DNA of 20,200 nucleotides from Oligoflexia bacterium (GTDB taxonomy: Bacteria > Bdellovibrionota > UBA1018): positions 1-20,200 of the forward strand of contig JAYTHP010000007.1 of assembly GCA_043732485.1 (NCBI GenBank), read 5' to 3'. The position numbers and the translations under genes were made by a program. Below are positions 6,427 to 14,230 of this stretch, one piece after another. Within the stretch, counting starts at the first letter, position 1; the number at the start of each line of letters is the position of its first letter. Under the pieces are notes generated by a model. That model did no database searches and had not been told where the DNA came from. It saw only the letters and a list, made by a program, of their open reading frames with translations.

Positions 6427-8706
6427 GTGAGCAGTTCATTAGAAAAACAATCCAGCAGCAGCGATTTGCAATCAGAGAAGTTTGATTTAAATCAGCAATT
6501 TCATCAGTTTATCTACCGCATGGAAAGTGAGGTCGGACGAACCGGCCAGACTTTGCATCAGATTGCAACCGAATACCTGCAGCTTAAATCCGTCCATCTT
6601 GATTTGGCGCTTCAGTTGCAGTTGCTCGAGTTGCCCGAGGTGACGCAACTGACCCCAGAGGCGTTAGCGCGGCAGACGCGCTTGCTCACTCAGTTGCAGG
6701 AGATGAAGCAAAAGATGATACGGGAGTTTGGCACTCTGGCTGCTCACCCATGGCAAGGGTTTGCGCACGGGGATCATTTGCCGCCCTTGCCAACCACGCC
6801 GCTTGGCGGGCGGGCTTCTTCTGAGGAGTGCGAAACACTGGTGCGCACGATTCGCCTGCTTTCGGTACAACTCATGAAGTTTTGGGTCGATGTGCAATCC
6901 TTCCCGTTGTTTTTGAATCACTCTGACTCGCTCGCGGTAGGCGAGATTGAAAACATTTTTCTCTGGCTGACCGCCAGTCCCGAGTGGCACGAGCAAATCC
7001 CGCAGCCACGGGTGATTGCCGCTTTGCTGCAGCCTGAGTCCAGGCGGGTGCTCTTAGGCTTCATGCGTAATGTCAAAAGCATCCGGGTGCTTTGTGAAAA
7101 AGCTAGAAAATTCCAGTGTTTACAAGCACTCACTGAGTTTCATCTGCGTTCAAGCTATGCCGAGCTGACCCAAGGGCTAGCGATCATCGAGCGGGATCGC
7201 ATCCAGCTCAGCCACCGGGTGGGTTTAGAGTTGATGATTGAGAAAAATCAGCAAGCCTTGGAGTGGTTGCAAGAAGTGCATGCTTTTTTTGCGCAAGTTT
7301 CTGCCCAAACCGGCGCGCCGATGATTAATCGTTTTGAGGACTTAGCGCAGATTACGGCAGCGTTAGCTTGGATCCAGCAGTTGCCGCAGGCGTTATTACA
7401 ATGGCGCCAGGCGCCGCAGGTGTTCTTGCCGCAGCAACAGCTGCGCATTCAGGTGATCCGGGACCGAGCTAAGCCGATGCTAGAGGCGCGCACTCGGATT
7501 ACCGCCCACTTCATTGCGAATGACCAGCAAGATCCTGAGGAGTTGCGGCAATTAGCCGTGATGATGACCTCAGGGGGGATCTTTCGCACCTTGCAAAATC
7601 CTTATCTCGCTGCGATGGCGCGTTACCGCGAGCTGTTGCGCGAGAACCTGGGTCCGCGCGCGAAGATTAAGGAAACGCCGCTTGAGATTTCTGAGCGATT
7701 ACACGAGTGGGCTAATTTTATTGACCAATCCAAGGCTTTTGAAAAAAACCAGGAGTTTTCAAAAATCTTTGGGCCGCTTTTTCAAGGGATTGATACCGAT
7801 TTTGAGTCGGCCGAGCAGGTGTTTGAATGGTCGCAACAGATGCAGCAGGCCTTTGCCTCGCCTGTCACCGATTACACCGCCGCTCTAGTGCGGTTCTTAA
7901 ATGAGGCTAGCGAGGTGCAGTTAAAGGCCTGGAGTTCCGTCCTGCTGAGCTCCCTGGGGCTCGAAAAAAGAGCAGTTTTTGCGCAAACTCCCGGCAGTTT
8001 TGCGGACTTAGGCTTGCTGTTACAAGAAAAATGGCAGCGCTCCCAGACTCTGCTTGAGATCCTCAATCGCTTAGGCATTCATCCCGACGTGAGCTTACAG
8101 GGGGGGTTGCAGGAGCTAGCGCAGCTGCATGAAGAGATCACCTTCTTGCTGACCCAACTTGATCCTCAGGCGGCGGTGGTGGCGATCTTACAAGGCGGCT
8201 ATCAGGGCTTTGAAACCGATTTGGCGATCATTGAAAATGGCCTGGGATACTTGGATTTTATTGAGCTCTCACCGATTAGCGATCGCTTGAAGGCACGCTT
8301 ACTGTCGCAACACGCCCCGCAGCAATTAGTAGAGACCCGCGGCTTGATTCAGAAAAATCAGCAAGCGTTTGCAGCCTTAAAGGAATCCTTGCAGAAACTG
8401 GAGGCGGTCTCTTACGGGCAAAGTGCATGGATCAGGAGCACCACTATCCCGCAGGTGCTGACGATGTGTCAGCAGGCACTAAAAGTGCCCAGTCAGCTGG
8501 AGGAGTGGATTGAGTACCTGCAGCTGGAACGCCAGGCACGCGGGGAGGGTTTAGGGGCACTCCTTGCGTGTCAAGCGCTGCCTGCGGAGGTCGATCCGGC
8601 GGTGGTGTTTCGCTTAGTGTTTCTAGGCTCTTTGCTCAGAAAGGTGATCGCAGAGGGCTTACTGGGCGGGGGAGAAAACGCGCTGCCCTCACTGGTGTTC
8701 CATTAA
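6427..8706 (+). CDS. Large alpha-helical hypothetical protein (~759 aa) resembling the central insert of DUF4011/DUF3320-type SF1 helicases; no ATPase motifs seen
   Basis: Long intact ORF with host-like composition; GGAGG Shine-Dalgarno before GTG 6427. Motifs GRTGQTLHQI, HPWQG, LFQGIDTDF...W, YQGFETDL and LEEWIEY....R..GL are recalled from that family (inference). Confidence 0.75.
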   Translation: MSSSLEKQSSSSDLQSEKFDLNQQFHQFIYRMESEVGRTGQTLHQIATEYLQLKSVHLDLALQLQLLELPEVTQLTPEALARQTRLLTQLQEMKQKMIREFGTLAAHPWQGFAHGDHLPPLPTTPLGGRASSEECETLVRTIRLLSVQLMKFWVDVQSFPLFLNHSDSLAVGEIENIFLWLTASPEWHEQIPQPRVIAALLQPESRRVLLGFMRNVKSIRVLCEKARKFQCLQALTEFHLRSSYAELTQGLAIIERDRIQLSHRVGLELMIEKNQQALEWLQEVHAFFAQVSAQTGAPMINRFEDLAQITAALAWIQQLPQALLQWRQAPQVFLPQQQLRIQVIRDRAKPMLEARTRITAHFIANDQQDPEELRQLAVMMTSGGIFRTLQNPYLAAMARYRELLRENLGPRAKIKETPLEISERLHEWANFIDQSKAFEKNQEFSKIFGPLFQGIDTDFESAEQVFEWSQQMQQAFASPVTDYTAALVRFLNEASEVQLKAWSSVLLSSLGLEKRAVFAQTPGSFADLGLLLQEKWQRSQTLLEILNRLGIHPDVSLQGGLQELAQLHEEITFLLTQLDPQAAVVAILQGGYQGFETDLAIIENGLGYLDFIELSPISDRLKARLLSQHAPQQLVETRGLIQKNQQAFAALKESLQKLEAVSYGQSAWIRSTTIPQVLTMCQQALKVPSQLEEWIEYLQLERQARGEGLGALLACQALPAEVDPAVVFRLVFLGSLLRKVIAEGLLGGGENALPSLVFH

Positions 8707-8733
8707 AAATGAGCGGGCCACTTTTTTGCGTGC

Positions 8734-8762
8734 TTGCCTTTCGCAACTAGGGCGTGTAATCG
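8734..8762 (+). promoter_or_regulatory. Candidate promoter of glnS (leaderless geometry)
   Basis: TTGCCT-N17-TAATCG-N7-ATG; the -10 lacks the final T; no Shine-Dalgarno before ATG 8770. Confidence 0.4.
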
Positions 8763-8769
8763 CTTAAAG

Positions 8770-10431
8770 ATGGCTGTGGAACACTTCATTAAGGCTAAGA
8801 TTCAAGAAGATCAGGCGTCAGGCAAGCTTGCTGCGGGGGGGCTTAAGACCCGTTTCCCGCCGGAGCCCAATGGCTTTTTGCATATGGGGCACGCGAAGTC
8901 GATTTGCCTTAACTTTGGCTTGGCAGCCGAGTTTCAAGGGCAGTGCCATTTGCGGTTTGATGACACTAATCCCGTCAAAGAAGATCAACAGTATGTTGAT
9001 GCTATCCAAGAGGACGTCCGTTGGCTGGGGTTTACCTGGGATCGCTTGTGCTATGCGTCGGACTATTTCCCACAGCTCTTTGATTTTGCGCTGGAACTGA
9101 TCCAAAATCACAAGGCCTACGTCTGCAGTTTGTCTGCCGAAGAGGTGCGCAGGGATCGCGGCACGCTGACGGAGCCTGGCAAAAACAGTCCTTACCGCGA
9201 GCGTTCGGTGGCTGAGAATTTAGAACTTTTCCACGCGATGAAGCAGGGTCAGTTTGCCGAAGGGACGCATATTTTGCGGGCAAAAATTGACATGAGCGCG
9301 CCTAACCTCAATTTGCGCGACCCGGCGCTTTATCGCATTAAGAAGGCGACCCATCACCGCACCCACGACGAGTGGTGTTTGTACCCGATGTACGACTATG
9401 CGCACGCCCTGTCGGATATGTTAGAGGGGATCACTCATTCGCTATGTACCCTGGAGTTTGAGGATCATCGGCCGCTTTATGACTGGTTTTTAACCACACT
9501 TAAGACGCCGTGCCACCCGCAGCAGATTGAATTTTCGCGTTTGAACTTAGATTACACGGTGATGAGCAAGCGTAAGCTGTTAAGCCTCGTGAGCGAGCAG
9601 AAGGTGCGAGGCTGGGATGACCCGCGGCTACCGACCCTGCAGGGTCTGCGCCGTCGCGGAGTGACGCCTGCTGCGATTCGTGAGTTTTGCGTTCGCGTGG
9701 GCGTGACGAAGAAGGAAAATTGTATTGAGGTGTCGACGCTGGAAGCGTGTATCCGCGAAGACCTGGATCACACGTCATCGCGCACGATGGCTGTTTTACG
9801 TCCCCTGCGGGTGGTGATTGAGAATTACCCTAAGGGTCAGGTGGAGCAGTTTAGCTTACCGCGGCACCCGTTGCATGCGGAGCGCGGAGTTCGCAGCGTG
9901 CCTTTTACCCGCGAAGTCTGGATTGAGCAGGAGGATTTTCAGGAAGTCCCGGTGTCGGGATTTTACCGCTTAGCGCCAGGACAGGAAGTGCGTTTGCGGG
10001 GGGCCTACTGTATTCGCTGCGTGGACTTTAAGAAAGATCCGCAAACCGGCGTGGTGAGCGAAGTGCGCTGTACTTATGACCCTGAAAGTCATGGCGGCAC
10101 TAAAGATGGCAGAAAAGTCAAAGCCACTTTGCACTGGGTTTCAGTGGCTCATGCCCAAGAGGCTGAAGTGCGGCTCTATGATCGCTTGTTTCGTGTTGCC
10201 ATGCCGGGCTTGGGTGATATCGACTTTATGACCGAGCTCAATCCTGCCTCGCTTGAGGTGCTCACCCACTGTAAGGTTGAGGCCCATCTGCTTGAGGCGC
10301 AGCCAGAGGCGCGGTTTCAGTTTGAGCGACAGGGCTACTTTTGCGTGGATCGCTGGGATTCCAAGCCAGAAAAGTTAGTCTTAAATCGCACGATTTCACT
10401 CAAAGACTCCTGGTTAAAGCAAAAAAAGTAA
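8770..10431 (+). CDS. glnS: Glutamine--tRNA ligase
   Basis: TRFPPEPNGFLHMGHAKSI (HIGH-type motif), LRFDDTNP, THSLCTLEFEDHRPLYDW, VMSKRKL, WDDPR, QFERQGYF. Start placed at ATG 8770 (MAVEHFI). Confidence 0.98.
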   Translation: MAVEHFIKAKIQEDQASGKLAAGGLKTRFPPEPNGFLHMGHAKSICLNFGLAAEFQGQCHLRFDDTNPVKEDQQYVDAIQEDVRWLGFTWDRLCYASDYFPQLFDFALELIQNHKAYVCSLSAEEVRRDRGTLTEPGKNSPYRERSVAENLELFHAMKQGQFAEGTHILRAKIDMSAPNLNLRDPALYRIKKATHHRTHDEWCLYPMYDYAHALSDMLEGITHSLCTLEFEDHRPLYDWFLTTLKTPCHPQQIEFSRLNLDYTVMSKRKLLSLVSEQKVRGWDDPRLPTLQGLRRRGVTPAAIREFCVRVGVTKKENCIEVSTLEACIREDLDHTSSRTMAVLRPLRVVIENYPKGQVEQFSLPRHPLHAERGVRSVPFTREVWIEQEDFQEVPVSGFYRLAPGQEVRLRGAYCIRCVDFKKDPQTGVVSEVRCTYDPESHGGTKDGRKVKATLHWVSVAHAQEAEVRLYDRLFRVAMPGLGDIDFMTELNPASLEVLTHCKVEAHLLEAQPEARFQFERQGYFCVDRWDSKPEKLVLNRTISLKDSWLKQKK

Positions 10432-10501
10432 GGGCGATTCGGAGTTGAGACGAGTGAGAGAGCGGCAAGGGTTTTAGCAACGCTCACACTCCCTTGCGAG
10501 T

Positions 10502-12259
10502 TTACTGAGTGCTGTGTTTTTGTGGCCCTTGGACAAAAAAGACAAAGGCATCGGCAATTTCTTGCGCTGTCGGTCGAGCCATGGGATCTACCGACAGGCA
10601 CTGTGACACGATGCGAAAATACGAGCATTCTTGAATCTGGAGGGCCTGTGGGGGAGATGATGCGTTAGGTTTGAAGGCCTCGATTTCAAAAGCGCACTTT
10701 TCGCGCGCAATGGCCTTGACGGTCGTCTCCAGTTGCCGGGCAAATTGCAAGACGCACTGTCCATAGCGACCCCACTTGGCATAGCCAACGGTATGATTCC
10801 AGTGGGGAAAGCACGCTTGAAAAGGGTTAGTTGCGCGAAAGGGATCTTTTTCCTGCAGCGCGATTAAACCTAGCGCATAAATATCACGTTTTTGAAAGTA
10901 CTGGGTTCTTTGCACCGGGTGAAGGGGTGGAAGCTGCGGCAGGGGCGGCAAGAGATTGTTCTCGAGGTCATTTTCGACCATTTCGGGCGATTCACAGGTC
11001 GCTGACGATCTTTTTTGCGGCTCAAAGAGGGGGAAAAAGCTAGTATTGAAGTCGGCAATCGTGGCTTCAAAGGGGTGTAAATTGATGAGGATATTGCCCG
11101 GCTTGAGATCGGAGTGCACCAGGCCGGCTGCGTGCAAGTACTTGAGACCGGTGCTCAGCTGATAAATCAAAGAAAACGAGCGCACGCTCTCGAGCTGCGA
11201 ACCGGGCTGCGGCAAGTGCAGCGGGGGGTTGGATGGGTGCGACAGCGGGTCTTCTGCTTCTGGGTCTTGAACGGGGGAGGGGGATAAAAGGGCAGCGGCT
11301 GATAACTCGGACGATAACGACATTGAGGCGGTTAACGAGGACGAGGAAGCGCTCTGGCTTCTGGCGCGTCTGAGATGACGATAGCCCTGCAGGTCCATAT
11401 CGTAACGCCTTTGGACTAGCAGTCGCTGATGAACGCGGTCGTTCAGTGGGTCGGCGTAAGCCAAGAAGGGTGGATAAAAAAGGTTAGGCGCCAAGAGTTG
11501 GTAGTTTTTTTGGATCTTCTCTTGCACCAGCAACTCCATCTCCAAGTCGGCCTGCGCTTCCTTTTCGGTGATAGCAGAAGCGCTTGCTAAGTTGCCTCGA
11601 GCGTTGAACTTCTGCACCGTGTACTGCTCGAGATGCTCAATGCGGTGCTGACGGTACTGAAAGCGTACCGCAGGAAATATTTTTTTGTACGAGCCGCTGG
11701 CAAACGGCTGATTCAATTGCGTGAGAATGAGGTCGTCATCCGGGTAGACGTAGAGGATCAGTGTGATTTTTTGAAAAAAGTTCACCCGCGGGTGAATAAA
11801 AAGCGGGTCCGGCTGCAGCTTCGTGGCTGCCATGCGCCAAAAAGCGTAGGATTTTTTTATGTTAGTCAAAAAACGAATAATTTTTTCGCCTTCTGACTGG
11901 TGAAATTCGGCAAGGGTGATAAAATCCTTAAAAAACCCCTGATGGATCGCCGTCATCAGTGTGCAATAGTTTTCGGCTTCAGCTTGTTGGGTACTGGTTT
12001 TTCCAGCGAGCGCCGCCAGGCCCTCCAAGGCCTCGCACTGGGGCAGCTCATTGAAGGCCCAAGCAGAGGGTAGGAGAGGGGGGAGACCCGTAAGCAGAAC
12101 GAACACAAGTAACTTGGAGCCGAGCTGTCGGGAGCGGCGGGGGCTTGAGCCCAGCCAGAAGCGGCGGGCTGGAGTGGGAGCAGGTGACTGAACCCGCGGG
12201 GGATGGAGGGGGGAAAATAGGGTGGGTCTGGCACAAATGAATCGCTGAGCATAGAGCAT
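10502..12259 (-). CDS. Eukaryote-like (Hanks-type) protein kinase with N-terminal signal-peptide-like segment
   Basis: ASGSYKKI (G-loop), QLSTGLKYLHAAGLVHSDLKPGNIL, IADFN, SPE, RDIYALG, CLSVDPMARPTAQEI; hydrophobic LLVFVLLTGLPPLLPSAWA near the N-terminus. Confidence 0.9.
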   Translation of the reverse strand: MLYAQRFICARPTLFSPLHPPRVQSPAPTPARRFWLGSSPRRSRQLGSKLLVFVLLTGLPPLLPSAWAFNELPQCEALEGLAALAGKTSTQQAEAENYCTLMTAIHQGFFKDFITLAEFHQSEGEKIIRFLTNIKKSYAFWRMAATKLQPDPLFIHPRVNFFQKITLILYVYPDDDLILTQLNQPFASGSYKKIFPAVRFQYRQHRIEHLEQYTVQKFNARGNLASASAITEKEAQADLEMELLVQEKIQKNYQLLAPNLFYPPFLAYADPLNDRVHQRLLVQRRYDMDLQGYRHLRRARSQSASSSSLTASMSLSSELSAAALLSPSPVQDPEAEDPLSHPSNPPLHLPQPGSQLESVRSFSLIYQLSTGLKYLHAAGLVHSDLKPGNILINLHPFEATIADFNTSFFPLFEPQKRSSATCESPEMVENDLENNLLPPLPQLPPLHPVQRTQYFQKRDIYALGLIALQEKDPFRATNPFQACFPHWNHTVGYAKWGRYGQCVLQFARQLETTVKAIAREKCAFEIEAFKPNASSPPQALQIQECSYFRIVSQCLSVDPMARPTAQEIADAFVFFVQGPQKHSTQ

Positions 12260-12266
12260 GAGCCAG

Positions 12267-12295
12267 AAGCTATTTCTAATGACATCAAAAGTCTA
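12267..12295 (-). promoter_or_regulatory. Candidate promoter of the kinase gene (leaderless geometry)
   Basis: Minus strand TAGACT-N17-TAGCTT-N7-ATG with upstream A-tracts; no Shine-Dalgarno. Confidence 0.5.
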
Positions 12296-12464
12296 TTTTT
12301 TTATGATTATTCGCAAATTTTTTTCGGGAGCAAAGTAAGGTGGCAGGGAGGATCCTCTTTTTTCGCTAGTTTTGAGCCGCTTGAGTCGAGTGAGGAGGCT
12401 CAGAGTGGGGCAAAAGCACCGAAATAACTGATTTATTTTATCAGGTATTGGTCCTCGTGCGACT

Positions 12465-13220
12465 TCAAGGTTTAACGGTCAGGCAATAGAGGTAGGCAAT
12501 CCCGCCTTGTAACGGTAAAAACTGCGTGCTGCTAAACCTCCCGGTGGCAAGTGCGAGATTCAAAAAGTCCTGGCCACACGGGAAGAGCGCTGAAGAGTCT
12601 TGTAAGTAACGGTAGGCTTGGGGTTGACCACTGATTAAGCCTGCTAGCTTGGAGATAAAGAAGTTAGAGTAAAGGGTGAACAGCTTTTTGAGGAGGCGCG
12701 AGCGGGGCTGGCCAAACTCCAGAATCAACACCTTGCCTGCGGGCCGCACCACGCGGGCGAGCTCACTAAGCCCCCCACTTGGATCGGAAACATTGCGGAT
12801 ACCAAAAGAAATCGAAGCGACATCAAAAAGCTTTGATTCGTAAGGCAACTGCGTGACATCGCCTTGCTCAAAACGCACTTTTGAGTGATGTTTTAAGGCC
12901 TTTTGCCTGGCAATTGCCAGCATCGGCTCACAAAAGTCGCTACCAACAATCGCTGCAGGTTCATGGGCTTGGTGCTCAAAGAAAAAAGCCAAATCACCGG
13001 TTCCGGTGGCACAATCAAGAATCCTTAACCCCCGACGCTTGGGGTCGTTCACGCCACTTGCCTGAACCAGTTTTTTCTTCCAAGACGCATGAATACCAAA
13101 GGACAAAAGGCTATTCATCAGGTCATAGCGACTAGCAATGCTTGAAAACATACTTTGAATCGACTCAGGCCTTTTGGCTGAAAAAAGCTGCTGGTTTTCT
13201 TGTTTTTTTGTTTGCTCCAT
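12465..13220 (-). CDS. menG: Demethylmenaquinone methyltransferase (UbiE/MenG family)
   Basis: MFSSIASRYDLMNSLLSFGIH..WKK, ILDCATGTGDLA, SFGIRNV, ILEF, AYRYL..S..FP; GGGAG Shine-Dalgarno; located in the men locus. Confidence 0.95.
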   Translation of the reverse strand: MEQTKKQENQQLFSAKRPESIQSMFSSIASRYDLMNSLLSFGIHASWKKKLVQASGVNDPKRRGLRILDCATGTGDLAFFFEHQAHEPAAIVGSDFCEPMLAIARQKALKHHSKVRFEQGDVTQLPYESKLFDVASISFGIRNVSDPSGGLSELARVVRPAGKVLILEFGQPRSRLLKKLFTLYSNFFISKLAGLISGQPQAYRYLQDSSALFPCGQDFLNLALATGRFSSTQFLPLQGGIAYLYCLTVKP

Positions 13221-13245
13221 GAGAGTTGCTCCCTTTGTTTCTTCC

Positions 13246-14085
13246 TCAGCGCGCTGTTGCTAGCGGAGCCAACGCCTGCGGGACGGCTTGCTCGCCTTGG
13301 TCCTGCGGGGAGGAGGGTTCTTCGGGTAAGAGGGATCTTAAGACCCGCAAAACTTTGGGGGTAAGCTCCGAGAAATCCTCAAGCGTTAAGGCCTGTGGGC
13401 CGTCTGAAAGTGCCTTGGCTGGCCTGGGGTGAACTTCCACCATGAGGCCGTCCGCCCCGGCCGCCGCAGCAGCAAGACTCATCGGGATCACGCATTCGCG
13501 TAGGCCTGTGCCATGACTCGGATCCACGAGTACGGGAAAGCTGCAGCGGTGCTTTAAGTAGGGAACGGCCGCCAGATCTAAGGTGTTTCGCATCGCCCGC
13601 TCAAAGGTGCGAATGCCCCGCTCACACAACATGATTTGCGGCTGACCGCTTTGCAAAATATAGTGGGTAGCTGCCAGCAGCTCGTCAAGATAAGCTGCAA
13701 GACCGCGTTTGAGGAGGACCGGCTTGGGCTGTTTGCCTAATTCCTTAAGTAATTCGTAATTGTGCATGTTTCTTGCGCCCACTTGAAAGACGTCAACCAC
13801 TTTGGAGAGTGCCTTAAGTTGCCGAGGATCAGTAATTTCACAAACAAACGGCAATTGTACTTCTTGTTTGACCGCTTGCACGATTTCTAAGGCCTCTTCC
13901 CCTAGTCCCTGAAAAGCGTGGGCGTTGGTCCGCATTTTAAAGACGCCACCTCTTAAAGCGGTGGCACCCCATTTTTTGACGTGTAAGGCGATTTCCCGAA
14001 AGAGATCATAGGATTCAATGGCACACGGCCCAGCTATCAGCATAAAGGGCTTGGGGAGGCTCTGAAAGCTTGGAAATTGGTTCAT
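13246..14085 (-). CDS. aroF: DAHP synthase, type I-beta, catalytic barrel only
   Basis: IAGPCAIES, RGGVFKMRT..FQG, QVGARNM, LLKRG, CERGIRTF, DPSHG, EVHP, LSDG. Start ATG 14085 (MNQF); the longer ORF upstream overlaps the divergent promoter region. Confidence 0.92.
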   Translation of the reverse strand: MNQFPSFQSLPKPFMLIAGPCAIESYDLFREIALHVKKWGATALRGGVFKMRTNAHAFQGLGEEALEIVQAVKQEVQLPFVCEITDPRQLKALSKVVDVFQVGARNMHNYELLKELGKQPKPVLLKRGLAAYLDELLAATHYILQSGQPQIMLCERGIRTFERAMRNTLDLAAVPYLKHRCSFPVLVDPSHGTGLRECVIPMSLAAAAAGADGLMVEVHPRPAKALSDGPQALTLEDFSELTPKVLRVLRSLLPEEPSSPQDQGEQAVPQALAPLATAR

Positions 14086-14095
14086 GATCTCTCTT

Positions 14096-14124
14096 AAGTT
14101 ATCTGGTTTGCCGAGATCACGCAA
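14096..14124 (-). promoter_or_regulatory. Candidate promoter of aroF-menG
   Basis: Minus strand TTGCGT-N17-TAACTT-N10-ATG. Confidence 0.55.
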
Positions 14125-14194
14125 TTGTAAAGTGGGGCAGGTAAAAGTCGTGAAGCTCGAACGCCAGAAAGCAGGAGGCGGGTAGCGGGTTTTT

Positions 14195-14223
14195 TTGCAA
14201 TTCTGTCTGAGATCAGCTACCCT
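14195..14223 (+). promoter_or_regulatory. Candidate promoter of the menFDHBA operon (leaderless geometry)
   Basis: TTGCAA-N17-TACCCT-N7-ATG, preceded by a T-tract; no Shine-Dalgarno. Confidence 0.55.
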
Positions 14224-14230
14224 TAGAACT

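Noticed and set aside
10465..10497. GCAAGGG/CCCTTGC dyad between convergent glnS and kinase genes as an intrinsic terminator
   Set aside because: 19-nt loop and no immediately adjacent U-tract on either strand; not supportable.
12348..12363. GAGGATCCTC palindrome followed by a T-run
   Set aside because: The stem is very short once a loop is allowed, and the T-run is on the strand opposite to the flanking genes.
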